Of a stretch of 64,000 nucleotides of DNA, positions 40,415 through 50,852 are shown one piece after another; positions within the stretch are counted from its first letter, which is position 1; every line of letters starts with the position of its first letter. This DNA is from an uncultured Candidatus Saccharibacteria bacterium. GTDB lineage: Bacteria; Patescibacteriota; Dojkabacteria; J137. The translations under genes were made by a program, and so were the position numbers. The DNA lies in contig OZ246402.1 of assembly GCA_965230975.1 (NCBI GenBank), positions 379,819-443,818 on the forward strand, written 5' to 3'. The notes under the pieces were generated by a model. The model worked only from the letters and a program-made list of their open reading frames with translations, ran no database searches and was not told the origin of the DNA.

Positions 40415-41452
40415 ATGTCAAACGAGAAATATAATTGCGAATATCAAGTAGAAGGTATGCATTGTGCAGCTTGCGAACTTGTTATAGAAAAGAAATTATC
40501 CAAATTTAAAGGGGTAAAAAGTGTAGACGCAGTTTTAAACCAAAATAAAGTATTTGTGCAATTTGAAGATGGAGTAGTGGGTTCAGCAATACGAGAGGAG
40601 CTTTCTAAATTAATTGAGCCGGATGGCTATAAACTTGTAGAAAACAGAGATTCAAAAAAACTAAATTATAAAGAATTAGTAATCGGTGCAGTTATTTCAA
40701 TTGCTCTATTGGCTGTATTCTTGCTAATTCAAAAATCAGGTTTAATTAATATTCAAGGAACTCAAGAGATTACTTTGCCATTTGTCTTTTTTATAGGAAT
40801 TATTGCATCCATTTCTACCTGTATGGCTGTCGTTGGTGGATTGTGTATCTCTATCTCATCAAGTTATGCAAAAGAGAATAAATTTTTGCCCTTGGCACTT
40901 TTTCATATTTCTAGAGTAGTTGGATTTTTTGTTTTAGGTGGTTTAATTGGATTGTTGGGATCGGCTTTTGTTTTAACTCCAGGGTCATCTTTTGGTTTAA
41001 ACTTAATTCTTTTTGGTGTAATGGTAATAATGGGAATTAACTTATTAGATATTTTCCCGTGGGCAAAAAGACTTCAAATAAGTATGCCCAAATTTATTTC
41101 AAGAAAAGCTTTTAAAGTTCAAGATGAAAACTCAAATAAAAAAGGATATTTAATGCCAATATTGTTAGGAGTTATTACCTTCTTTTTGCCCTGTGGATTT
41201 ACGCAATCTATGCAAATTTATTCTTTGGGTACAGGTAGTTTTATTAATGGGGCTTTAACTATGTTATTTTTTTCTTTAGGAACCTTACCGGTTTTAGGAT
41301 TAATTAGTTTTGCATCAGTTAAACTATCTAAAACTTTGCAATCAGGAGTATTCTTTAAAACATCAGGTTTTTTAGTTTTACTGTTCGCAATTTATAATTT
41401 GCTAAATGCTTTGTCTGCAGTGGGTTTTATAGAACCTATTTTGGGTTTTTGA
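40415..41452 (+). CDS. HMA domain fused to DsbD_2/TauE-like membrane domain
   Basis: GMHCAAC; STCMAVVGG; FFLPCGFTQSMQ; FSLGTLP. Confidence 0.88.
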   Translation: MSNEKYNCEYQVEGMHCAACELVIEKKLSKFKGVKSVDAVLNQNKVFVQFEDGVVGSAIREELSKLIEPDGYKLVENRDSKKLNYKELVIGAVISIALLAVFLLIQKSGLINIQGTQEITLPFVFFIGIIASISTCMAVVGGLCISISSSYAKENKFLPLALFHISRVVGFFVLGGLIGLLGSAFVLTPGSSFGLNLILFGVMVIMGINLLDIFPWAKRLQISMPKFISRKAFKVQDENSNKKGYLMPILLGVITFFLPCGFTQSMQIYSLGTGSFINGALTMLFFSLGTLPVLGLISFASVKLSKTLQSGVFFKTSGFLVLLFAIYNLLNALSAVGFIEPILGF

Positions 41453-41540
41453 ATTTGAGTTTTACGACTTTGATAACACTTAGCTTTTCAATTTATTCCT
41501 AAATCCAACTACATTCTCCCATCTTAAACGTTAATCTTAA

Positions 41541-41658
41541 TTTAGGTATCCGACAAAGTTCATCGCAAGTGGTATACACTCATTTTTAAAACTATTACCT
41601 AATAAAAGATTTGGATGTAAATCTCACTAAAAGCCATAGAACAAAGTCGTGTACCAAA
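41541..41658. repeat. Dispersed inverted-repeat element, copy 2 (degenerate)
   Basis: TTTAGGTATCCGAC ... GTCGTGTACCAAA; internal GGTATACACT; 3' part resembles the other copies. Confidence 0.45.
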
Positions 41659-41907
41659 GTTATTGAAGGTAAATTTAATGCTCAGTATAGTTTGTAACAA
41701 TAAACAATAATAGATTAGAAGAGCTATATTAAAAGATATTAATTTTGCCAGTAAATTTATTGTAAAAAGATTTTTCAAGGGCGTCTAAACCTTTGCTAGG
41801 TTGATATATTCACATTTAAAGAAAGAAGTGCTTATATTTTAAAAAACTTGCTATAATCAAGTACGCCAAATTTATTTGACGTATCTTAAAATTGAAAGTA
41901 AAAGTAT

Positions 41908-42465
41908 ATGGATTTATCGTATAGAGGTTACAATTTTAAAACTGTAACTATTAAAAAAAACCGACATTTTTACTTTTCTATATACCCTTACAAATATTCA
42001 GAAGAATTAAAGAGATATAAAATAATTTGCCACTCATATTTTGTAGAAAGGTTAAAACCTTACGATATTGAGTTCTTATTAAAAGATTTTCAGCACTTAG
42101 AAATTGAAAGTTTTCTGCAAAATAATCCCGAATACAATAAAGACAATACCATCTTTTACACTTTAATGGAGCTAGAAAAAGGGTTAAGCTTTTCACCAGA
42201 TATTAAAACACAAAAGCTTTTTTATTCTGTAAAGTTTAATTTAGAAGATTCAAAGGGAATTATTTATGGTCAAATTTTAGGGTTGATTCCTCAATTTTAT
42301 AATAAGCTAATGCACATAATTTCAAATAGTTTTTTTGGGATGAGGCGGGGCGAAGGGTATGATTTTTCAGATAATTACCAAGATGTCTTAAAAAAGATAG
42401 ATAGTTTTAATACTATTATTTCAAAAGGTAATCTCCCCGATTTTATAAGAAAAGAAGTTCTATAA
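41908..42465 (+). CDS. Hypothetical protein
   Basis: 185-aa ORF. Confidence 0.65.
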   Translation: MDLSYRGYNFKTVTIKKNRHFYFSIYPYKYSEELKRYKIICHSYFVERLKPYDIEFLLKDFQHLEIESFLQNNPEYNKDNTIFYTLMELEKGLSFSPDIKTQKLFYSVKFNLEDSKGIIYGQILGLIPQFYNKLMHIISNSFFGMRRGEGYDFSDNYQDVLKKIDSFNTIISKGNLPDFIRKEVL

Positions 42466-42529
42466 AATCATTTATCAAAAGTGTTGACAATTAAAGTATA
42501 ATTATTTTATTAACAGTAATCTTCTTTTT

Positions 42530-43273
42530 ATGGAGTTTTTATATAGTCTTTTGGCAGCTTTTTTAGTTAGTTTGGTTTCGTTTTTAGGTATTGCTTTGTT
42601 TATTAAAAAATTGAATACAAAAAAATTATTTTTATCTGCACTTGTTTCTTTTGCTGCAGGTGCATTATTGGGGGATGCGTTTATTCACTTAATTGGTGAG
42701 TATATTGAAACAAACGGCTATTCTATAGATTTAATTATTCCAATTTTTGTTGGTATATTATTAATGCTTATTATTGAGGCATATTTTCACTGTAGTCATG
42801 ATTCAGAAGAAGAGCTTTCTCATCATGTTGCAATGGCAAAAAATAATTTAGTTGGAGATTCTATACATAATCTTTTGGACGGGATTGCAATCGCATCAAG
42901 TTTTATTGTTAACCCGGTTGTTGGAATTAGTTCAACTATTGCAATAATTATTCACGAGATCCCACAAGAGTTTGCAGATGCCGGAATTCTTTTATATTCA
43001 GGTTGGAGTAAGAAAAAAGTATTCTTAGCTAATTTTATTACAGCTTTAACTGCGGTTTTTGGAGTAGTTTTAGTTTTTATTCTTCAGTCACAAATAGAGG
43101 GTATTGAGAACTTTTTAATTCCACTAGCTGCGGGTCAATTTATTTATATTGCCCTGGCAGATTTGGTTCCAGAAATTCATAGAAGAAAGGGAGCTTTAAA
43201 ATATATTGTGGAAATTACTACATTCGTTTTAGGCTTTGTGGCCATGTACGCTTTAATTCTATTAGAAGCATAA
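42530..43273 (+). CDS. ZIP-family metal transporter
   Basis: DSIHNLLDG, HEIPQE and FIYIALADLVPE motifs. Confidence 0.95.
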   Translation: MEFLYSLLAAFLVSLVSFLGIALFIKKLNTKKLFLSALVSFAAGALLGDAFIHLIGEYIETNGYSIDLIIPIFVGILLMLIIEAYFHCSHDSEEELSHHVAMAKNNLVGDSIHNLLDGIAIASSFIVNPVVGISSTIAIIIHEIPQEFADAGILLYSGWSKKKVFLANFITALTAVFGVVLVFILQSQIEGIENFLIPLAAGQFIYIALADLVPEIHRRKGALKYIVEITTFVLGFVAMYALILLEA

Positions 43274-43351
43274 AAAGTCTACCTATCAAATTCACTTAAC
43301 AATGGGGAGTATTTTTTATAGTCTCCTTAATTTTGAGATATTTTTTCAAAC

Positions 43352-43384
43352 TGTAAGTTTTTTGTAAGATTACTTTACTAGAAT
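43352..43384 (+). promoter_or_regulatory. Direct-repeat regulator box plus -10 element (copy 3)
   Basis: TGTAAG-ttttt-TGTAAG, then 10 nt, then TAGAAT. Confidence 0.7.
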
Positions 43385-43418
43385 ATTAATAGTCTCTTTA
43401 CATTTTACTATTAATATT

Positions 43419-44051
43419 ATGGACTTTTTACCCAGAGAAAAGCTTTTAAAATATGGCCCTGATAAACTTTCAGATTCGGAGCTTTTGGCATTATTACTTA
43501 GAACTGGCAAAAAGGGCCAAAGTGTAACTATTTTTTCTAAGATTATTTTAAAAGATCTGTTAAAGATTGGAGTAAGTAATTTAACTTTAAAATCGTTAAT
43601 GAATATACAGGGGTTGGGTCTTGCCAAATCTTGTGAGATTTTGGCAGCTTTGGAGCTTTCAAAACGTTTATTGCAAGGCAAAAAAAACACAATTATTATG
43701 TCTCCTAAAGATGTTATGCTTGCCATGCAAGACATTGTTTTATCTAAAAAAGAGCACTTTGTTGTGTTTTATTTAGATAGTCGTAATCAAGAAATTATTA
43801 GGGATATTATATCTATAGGTTCACTAAATAATAGTTTTGCCCACCCAAGAGAGATTTTTGAGAATGCTATAAAAAACAATGCGGCGTCTATCATTATTGC
43901 GCATAATCACCCTTCTCAAGACCCAACCCCGTCAAATGCTGATATTGAAATTACTAAACGAATTTTAGAAGCAGGTAAAATTTTAGGCATAGAAATGCTA
44001 GACCATGTAATAGTTTCAAAAAATAAATGGTGGAGCTGGAAAGAGGGTTAA
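43419..44051 (+). CDS. radC: RadC (JAB domain) protein
   Basis: PREKL, LSDSELLALLLRTG, HPREIF, HNHPS..PTPS.AD and LDHV motifs. Confidence 0.96.
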   Translation: MDFLPREKLLKYGPDKLSDSELLALLLRTGKKGQSVTIFSKIILKDLLKIGVSNLTLKSLMNIQGLGLAKSCEILAALELSKRLLQGKKNTIIMSPKDVMLAMQDIVLSKKEHFVVFYLDSRNQEIIRDIISIGSLNNSFAHPREIFENAIKNNAASIIIAHNHPSQDPTPSNADIEITKRILEAGKILGIEMLDHVIVSKNKWWSWKEG

Positions 44052-47000
44052 TCGTTATTCAATATGAGATTAATCAACTTTAGGCTCAACGTAGGGTTTT
44101 GATACTCTTTTATTTGTTCCAATAAGTGTGATAAGGCTGTTAATAAATCTCTTAGCATTTGTGCAAATGCACTGTCTTGTTCGAATGTAAATCCGGCAAG
44201 TATTGCTAACTCAACAAGAGCGTAATATATATCGCCTGAACTTGCAGTATTATTGATTAATGACTTATTAACTTTTGCTGATTGGCCATCCAAAATTAAT
44301 ACTAGTAACTTTTTTAGCATTTTTATCTGTTCCTCAGTTGCAACTTGGTATATTTGCGCAAATTGGTTATTAAACAGAGCAGTATAATATGCAATTACTT
44401 CATTTGCTCTTCCTCCGTTCAGTCGTTTTTGACTGCTTTTTGAAGCGTAATTTTCTATAAGTATTTGATTCTCGTTGATAAGTTGGCTAATTCTTGCATT
44501 AGCATCTCTTTTTTTTGTTTGAGTATTTAGCTCATTTTCAAGTTGAGTAATTCTTTTTTGTGATTCCACTTTAGCTTTTTCTGCATTTAGTTTGTTAATC
44601 TCTACATCCTTCTTTCTTAACTCCTCTGCTAGATTTGCTTTAGCTTCAGCATTTAGTCTTGCTTCATTGGCTTCTGATATATATTTTGCACTATCTGCAA
44701 TCAATCCAGCATTTTGATCTCTAATTTTTCTTTCTTCTTGGATTGATTCTCTTCGTTCCTGATCTACAGCATCCATCTGCTCCCTAAGACCTTCTATTTC
44801 AGCATTTAATCTAGTTACTAAGTTTCGAAGTTCTGTTATTAAATTCTCATTAGCTTGAGTGTTGGCTTGATTCATTGCATCCATGCGTTCTAATAGTTGA
44901 GTTGTGATTTGATCGTGCTGATCTATTATAGCTTGTCTATCTTGAGCGTTAGCAACTCTATTTCTTTGAGCCTCTTCAGCTTGGTGGGCTAATAAAGCAT
45001 TTATAGTATTAAAAGTACCTTCATTAATTGCACTAATAATTTCTGCTACATTTTGTTGTGGTGCTACTGGAGCAGGGTTACTAGGCAGTGGATTTGGTAT
45101 TTGTGGTCCTGCAGGTGCTGGTGGGGTAGGATCATCTGGTGTTGGTCTAATATCATTCAGATTGTCGTCTTGGGTTACAGGCCTATCAAAGTATTTTTGG
45201 ATTTCAGTTAATAATCCATCATAATTATTATATAGTTCATTAATTCTATTTTGTATATTCCTCATGCCATCTTGTGTAGGATTTTGAATAAATTCTCTAA
45301 CTTCTTTAATCAGTTCCCTAATCCTTACATCTAGGGTTTTTAGTCGAGTTTCAAATTCTCGTCGAATTTCTGGTGATAATTCTCTAATATAATCAACTTC
45401 ACCTAATAATCTTCTTAAATCGTCAATTACTGAATTTGCATTATCAATCGCATTTAACGCATCTCTTAAATTTTGCAACTCAGTATTAATTTCGGACAAG
45501 TCTCCAATGATAGCTTGTCTATTCTGGTTAGCCTCTACAACTAATCCTAAAGATATATTGTCTTTAACATTACTATTAGCCCTTTGGTTTACAATGTTTT
45601 CATTTTTAGGGCTTAGTCTGTTAATAAATTCTCTTAAAAACCTCCCAATTTTAGTATTTGGCCTGTCCCAGAAATTATTTATTAAGAAATTGATTAAACT
45701 TGCATATTGATTAGGTAGCTTTTGAATAGTAGCTTGCTCATCTGTCTGTGTAGTATTATTTAATAATTGTTGTAGCCTTATAAGTTCTCCTATAAATTTA
45801 TTTAACTCAGCCCTATTGATATTAGGGATTCTATTTGCATCAATAGGTTGTAATTGTGGCGGGATGTGAGTTTGGTTTCTAATTACTTGGAACTGTTGTA
45901 TACCATTTGGATCTAAATTCAATATATCTTGTGGTTGCACATTTTGTAGTCCTTGATCTTGGCTTACAACTGCTGGTCTAACTGGTGTTGGTACCTGATC
46001 TGCTACTGGGGCTGGTGGTACAACTGGTTGAGGTCGCACTCGGTTTGGATCAGCAACCGCTGGTTGACCTTGTCTTCGAGCAACTTGTGCCCTTTGTTGT
46101 TGATTGGCATCTGCGCCTGGATCTCGTGCAGGAAAAAATCCTAAATCTCGTTGTAATTCAGCAATCCTTCGATCAAATTCATCGATCTGATCTTGATCCG
46201 CGACAAGATCGTCGTCATCGTCGAAATTGAGGTCATCAAATTGATCATCGTTATCAAAATTAAAATCTGGTAAGTGATCAGGTTGATCAACTTGTGCTAC
46301 ATCCCTTTGATTTGGATGGGCACCTACATCTACAGCAGGATCATTTACTTGATTTTGTGCAACTTGCCTAAGCCCAGGATCTCTTATATTTGCATTGTTG
46401 TAAGCTAGTACTATATTTGCTAAAAACTGGTTTATTTCCTCAATTTCCTGCGGATTTGCTCTATTAATACCTCTTCTATTTATAACTTGTAACAATCTTC
46501 TTGCTTGGAATTGTAATATTCTCCATTCCGCTAAATTTCCAGCAAACTCCTGTGGAATAGCAAGCACAGCATATGCTAAGTCTCTTAATTGATTCACTCT
46601 TTGAGTGTTAAGTCTTTGCCCATTAGGAGTATTTAAATTTGCAGTTATTCTGCCTAAATCAGGAACCCCAGGAATAATTAAATTATAGTTATTGTTATTT
46701 CTGTTGCCAAAATTATCGTGAATAGGTTGTTGTTGGACAACAGCCTGTTGAACTACTTGAGCTTGAGGTAATACTGGATTCACTCCAGCCGGAGGATAAG
46801 CCAAAAAGTATTGTCTTAATACATCATCTATGGCAGCATTTATAGCTTGAGGGTTAGGTCTTCTGGCATTTAAAAGAACATTTAAATTAAAGAGTGCTTG
46901 TAAAATTGGTATATTTTGGTTAGCGTTATTAGGAAATATTCCTCTTAAATTGTTTACTAGGTTCCTTAAATCTGTTCTTAGCTGTCTATTTCTACGCCAT

Positions 47001-49780
47001 GTTAAAACATTTGCTGGCCATCTCAAGTTTGGATTTAGCAACATCACTCGTATTTGATATGGCAAAACAATAAACTGTTCAGGTGTTAATATGAATGGTT
47101 GTCCAAATAAATTATTTATTGCATAGTTAGGATTTTGAGGGTTTCCTGGTCGCTGAACATTTATAGGTGGATAAGCAAGTGGAGCATTAGCGCCGTTACC
47201 CAGTGCATTGTTTTGTGCATATTGTTGATTCCCTGCATTATTTCTTCTTCGTAAGGCCAAAAAACCTAATATCCCTGTAGTAATAATTCCTACTCCTGCT
47301 GCAACTTCTCTGCTAACTCCGAGCTGATTAAAAAGAAAATCACTTGGCCCTGCTCCAAAATCTACAGGTCCTATAACAATTCCAGGTCCACCGGGCGGTA
47401 ATAATCCTCCCAATGCCGGTGTTGCACCAATACTAGGTGTGCCTATAAATCTTAAAACCCCAGGGTAAGCAAATCCATGAGTAATTGGATTGTTTTGAAA
47501 TATCTCTGGTCTTGCAGCTATCGCTCTTTGTGCTGCAGCAACTGCAATACCATGATCAGGGTGATTTACATTTAACATAGCATTAATATCAATCCCTGCA
47601 AAGCCAGATGTCCTAGCATTTGAAAGTATTGCTCCAATTCTTGCAATATCCTCAGCTGTAATGTCAGCAGTTGTATTTCCATGTCCTAATATTTCATGAA
47701 TAGCTCTTTCTGCTCCTGCCGGGTCAAATCCTGCACCTGGTGCTCTAAAGTAGTTTTGAATGTCTTGAATAGCATTTACTAATTGAACTCTATCAGCAAC
47801 TGGGTTTCCCCATTCATTAGCCCAAGCATTTGCTGCATTTTCATCTATTAATTGTGTTGTGGTAGCACCTGGAAGTATTCTCTCCATAGTCCTCCCAGCA
47901 GAATTTTTGGCATCTTCCAAAACTTGATTCCCAGCATTCCCATTTGGTGTATTTGCATCACCATCTAAGACAGGTTTGCCACCTACGTTATTATTTAAAA
48001 GCTCGTTTTCTTGATTTAAATTACCACCTTTAATATTCAAATCTTTATTTCTAGCTTCGTCTATTTCATTAAAGATAGCACCTTTAACCGGAATGTTTTT
48101 TGCTCTTAACTCGTCTTCTAAAGCCTGCTTAACTTCTCCAATATTCTTTTTCCCATCTAACAGTCTATTTAATTCAGGATCATTTTCTTTTGCTAACTCA
48201 AAATGCTTAACAGCTTCTTCATGAGAGATATTGAATGTTTCTCTTAAAGATCTAATTATAGGATTGTTTATTGCATTCAAAATACCGCTCATATCTCCGT
48301 AAAATCTCATCATACCCTGACTTTGTTTAGCATATTTTTCCCTAATTGCTAGTTCCTCTCTTTCTGTTGCACCTTCTAAAGCTTCAATTTCTGCCTGTGC
48401 CATTTGATCTGCTACTTTGTTCATTACACCAGCTGTTATTACTCCTACAATTGCACCAGCGCCTGATCTGAAAATTGGATTTTCAATGTTACCTGTTCCC
48501 GCTTTAGCAATTAGAGCCATGGTAGTAACTATTCCAAGATTTTTTCGTACTTCAGGATCTATCTTATCTAACTCTTTCACTCCAAATCTTGCTAAATCAA
48601 AACCACTCCTTACAGCATCTGTAAGAATATACAGAGGACTGTTTGTGACTCGGGCTGCAACATAAAGACCAGACATAGCACCTCTTGTTCCTGCTTCTAC
48701 AACCATTCTAGAATTAACTCTATCAAAAGATAAATTCTTATCAAACTTATTAATCATTGAATAGATTTTGTGCTCGTCACTTAAATCTAGTCTTAAAATC
48801 TCAGGATCTAGTATGTATTTAATTAATCTTGTAAATTGCTCATTACCTTCTTCAGTATGATTTTTTATTAAGTTAAGATCTTTTTTTGTTAAATCTAATT
48901 TTTGCTTTAGAAAGTCAAAGGCATGATTACTACGTGGATTACCAGATCGAATAAGCATTAATTGTCTTAGTAGGAATACTCGGGGGTTTGCTTGCATTGC
49001 TTCATCTGATAAATCAATTGCAATAGGAATACCAGTCTCTTCATCTACGTACCCATCTATTACATTAATTCCCCATGTTCCTGAATGTTGACCAGGAATT
49101 ACTACGTTTTGGTTGTATTTGTAAAAGCCAGTATCTTCTAAAGAAGTCATTTTTTGCTTGATATCTTTTAGCCCAGGAATTATTTGAGTTGCTGAAACTG
49201 CCGTTCTTAAACCAAATTTCCCAAGCCTATTTAAAAGTGAGACCTCTTTTCTGTTAGTTTGAACCGGTTCTGTATTTTGTTCTGATTCCCGCTCAACACC
49301 CATAAAGTAATCTAGATCAGCTTGACTTAGTTCTGACTGGTTGCTTTTAACCAAGTACTCGGTTGGAGCCACTACTAGATTCTCCATTCGGAATTTTGAT
49401 GCAAATATTTCAAAATCTTGGGTAGGTTGACCATCTTTTGTTTGGTACTCGCATAAAACAAAAGAACCTCTATTGGTTTTAAATACTAGAATGTTTTGAG
49501 CTAGTAATAATTGAGCAACTTCTTGATTAATTTGAACATCTTTAATTACAACTGGGAATTTAAGTCCTAATAATCTAGTGACAAATGTTTGTATATTGGG
49601 ATTTGCTGGTCTTTCAAATCCATCGGGTAACGGTGGAAGAGTATCTCTAATTTGCGAGTTGTAAAGTTTAGCTACAGGTCTCTCGCCAGTCACTTGTCTA
49701 GCTCGCATATCTTCAAACGTAAACCCTTCTTTTTGGGCTTCTGCTCTTAGTTCATCTGTAGGTCTGCCAAATAACTTCAT
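44048..49780 (-). CDS. Giant 1910-aa low-complexity hypothetical protein
   Basis: Long ORF with Gly/Ala hydrophobic segments, N/Q/P-rich tracts, an acidic tract and C-terminal coiled coils. Confidence 0.88.
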   Translation of the reverse strand: MKLFGRPTDELRAEAQKEGFTFEDMRARQVTGERPVAKLYNSQIRDTLPPLPDGFERPANPNIQTFVTRLLGLKFPVVIKDVQINQEVAQLLLAQNILVFKTNRGSFVLCEYQTKDGQPTQDFEIFASKFRMENLVVAPTEYLVKSNQSELSQADLDYFMGVERESEQNTEPVQTNRKEVSLLNRLGKFGLRTAVSATQIIPGLKDIKQKMTSLEDTGFYKYNQNVVIPGQHSGTWGINVIDGYVDEETGIPIAIDLSDEAMQANPRVFLLRQLMLIRSGNPRSNHAFDFLKQKLDLTKKDLNLIKNHTEEGNEQFTRLIKYILDPEILRLDLSDEHKIYSMINKFDKNLSFDRVNSRMVVEAGTRGAMSGLYVAARVTNSPLYILTDAVRSGFDLARFGVKELDKIDPEVRKNLGIVTTMALIAKAGTGNIENPIFRSGAGAIVGVITAGVMNKVADQMAQAEIEALEGATEREELAIREKYAKQSQGMMRFYGDMSGILNAINNPIIRSLRETFNISHEEAVKHFELAKENDPELNRLLDGKKNIGEVKQALEDELRAKNIPVKGAIFNEIDEARNKDLNIKGGNLNQENELLNNNVGGKPVLDGDANTPNGNAGNQVLEDAKNSAGRTMERILPGATTTQLIDENAANAWANEWGNPVADRVQLVNAIQDIQNYFRAPGAGFDPAGAERAIHEILGHGNTTADITAEDIARIGAILSNARTSGFAGIDINAMLNVNHPDHGIAVAAAQRAIAARPEIFQNNPITHGFAYPGVLRFIGTPSIGATPALGGLLPPGGPGIVIGPVDFGAGPSDFLFNQLGVSREVAAGVGIITTGILGFLALRRRNNAGNQQYAQNNALGNGANAPLAYPPINVQRPGNPQNPNYAINNLFGQPFILTPEQFIVLPYQIRVMLLNPNLRWPANVLTWRRNRQLRTDLRNLVNNLRGIFPNNANQNIPILQALFNLNVLLNARRPNPQAINAAIDDVLRQYFLAYPPAGVNPVLPQAQVVQQAVVQQQPIHDNFGNRNNNNYNLIIPGVPDLGRITANLNTPNGQRLNTQRVNQLRDLAYAVLAIPQEFAGNLAEWRILQFQARRLLQVINRRGINRANPQEIEEINQFLANIVLAYNNANIRDPGLRQVAQNQVNDPAVDVGAHPNQRDVAQVDQPDHLPDFNFDNDDQFDDLNFDDDDDLVADQDQIDEFDRRIAELQRDLGFFPARDPGADANQQQRAQVARRQGQPAVADPNRVRPQPVVPPAPVADQVPTPVRPAVVSQDQGLQNVQPQDILNLDPNGIQQFQVIRNQTHIPPQLQPIDANRIPNINRAELNKFIGELIRLQQLLNNTTQTDEQATIQKLPNQYASLINFLINNFWDRPNTKIGRFLREFINRLSPKNENIVNQRANSNVKDNISLGLVVEANQNRQAIIGDLSEINTELQNLRDALNAIDNANSVIDDLRRLLGEVDYIRELSPEIRREFETRLKTLDVRIRELIKEVREFIQNPTQDGMRNIQNRINELYNNYDGLLTEIQKYFDRPVTQDDNLNDIRPTPDDPTPPAPAGPQIPNPLPSNPAPVAPQQNVAEIISAINEGTFNTINALLAHQAEEAQRNRVANAQDRQAIIDQHDQITTQLLERMDAMNQANTQANENLITELRNLVTRLNAEIEGLREQMDAVDQERRESIQEERKIRDQNAGLIADSAKYISEANEARLNAEAKANLAEELRKKDVEINKLNAEKAKVESQKRITQLENELNTQTKKRDANARISQLINENQILIENYASKSSQKRLNGGRANEVIAYYTALFNNQFAQIYQVATEEQIKMLKKLLVLILDGQSAKVNKSLINNTASSGDIYYALVELAILAGFTFEQDSAFAQMLRDLLTALSHLLEQIKEYQNPTLSLKLINLILNND

Positions 49781-49781
49781 A

Positions 49782-50189
49782 TTAATTTGTTACCTCTTTA
49801 TAAATTTGTTCTAAATCCACAGTTTCATCAGTATCTTTCTTATGCTTTTGAATAACATCAGTTGCTTTGTTTAAACTTTCTATAAAATTATTTAAAAATT
49901 CATTAATAAAATCGTCTACTTTTTTACCAGTTTTTTTTTCAAAAGAAATAGTTAACATTCTTGCTATTTTTAATTCATCTGTAATGTTTTTTAGATCAAT
50001 ATATGCCTTAAACTTGCTAATTTCGGATTGGTTGTGAGCATTTAAAACTAGTCTAGAAACATAAGCAGATAGTAACGCTTCTAGCTCTGCGTAAAACTGT
50101 ACAGCCAATTCTTTTGGCATGTTTAAATCTTTAAAAAACTCTAAAACCTTAGAGTGGGTATCAAATGTAATATGTTGTAATGAATTCAT
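49782..50189 (-). CDS. Small helical hypothetical protein (DUF5663-like?)
   Basis: 135 aa; stop codon 1 nt before the giant ORF start. Confidence 0.72.
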   Translation of the reverse strand: MNSLQHITFDTHSKVLEFFKDLNMPKELAVQFYAELEALLSAYVSRLVLNAHNQSEISKFKAYIDLKNITDELKIARMLTISFEKKTGKKVDDFINEFLNNFIESLNKATDVIQKHKKDTDETVDLEQIYKEVTN

Positions 50190-50354
50190 TATTTAAACAG
50201 TTTGAAAAGCCTTATACAATAACTTATTTGCGAATTGCTAAAAAAGATATTTTTACATATCAGCTCATTCTATACATTCTAATTTAAGGTTTCAATACTA
50301 ATTGCAATAAACCCTAAATTAATCTAACATTAAATAGTATTTAATTATAACAAT

Positions 50355-50837
50355 ATGGACCAAAAAGATATACTGGACTACGATTTGGAGGATTTACTAT
50401 TTCTTGAACTAGACGACCTTCAATACGAAACAACCATTCAACAAATAAACCTAGAAGGCTGGTTAGATTTCTTACTGAACGGATTTAGAACACTCACAAC
50501 ACAAGAAGCCTATCAAGAATCGCTAATATTCTTATCTACATATTCAGATAAACTTAAAACATTGCAAGACATAGAAAATATACTTGAAGAATTATCAAAA
50601 AAAGCGAAAGTAACAAAAGATACAATACTTGAAAATTTAAGGCTAGCAATATCATTGGCAACAAAAAAATACATAATGTCATATTTAAATGCTCTAGAAA
50701 CAAACCTTGGAGAAGACTACAAAACACAGTTTGATGAAATATATTCAACTCTAGAATCTAATGATTTTGAAAAATACTTAGAACAAATGGAATCTTTAGT
50801 TAAAAGTACAAACCAAGATCAAGAATCTCAAGAATAA
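50355..50837 (+). CDS. Acidic helical hypothetical protein
   Basis: 160 aa; 15 nt upstream of the PrgI gene. Confidence 0.72.
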   Translation: MDQKDILDYDLEDLLFLELDDLQYETTIQQINLEGWLDFLLNGFRTLTTQEAYQESLIFLSTYSDKLKTLQDIENILEELSKKAKVTKDTILENLRLAISLATKKYIMSYLNALETNLGEDYKTQFDEIYSTLESNDFEKYLEQMESLVKSTNQDQESQE

Positions 50838-50852
50838 AAATTAAAAAACTAA

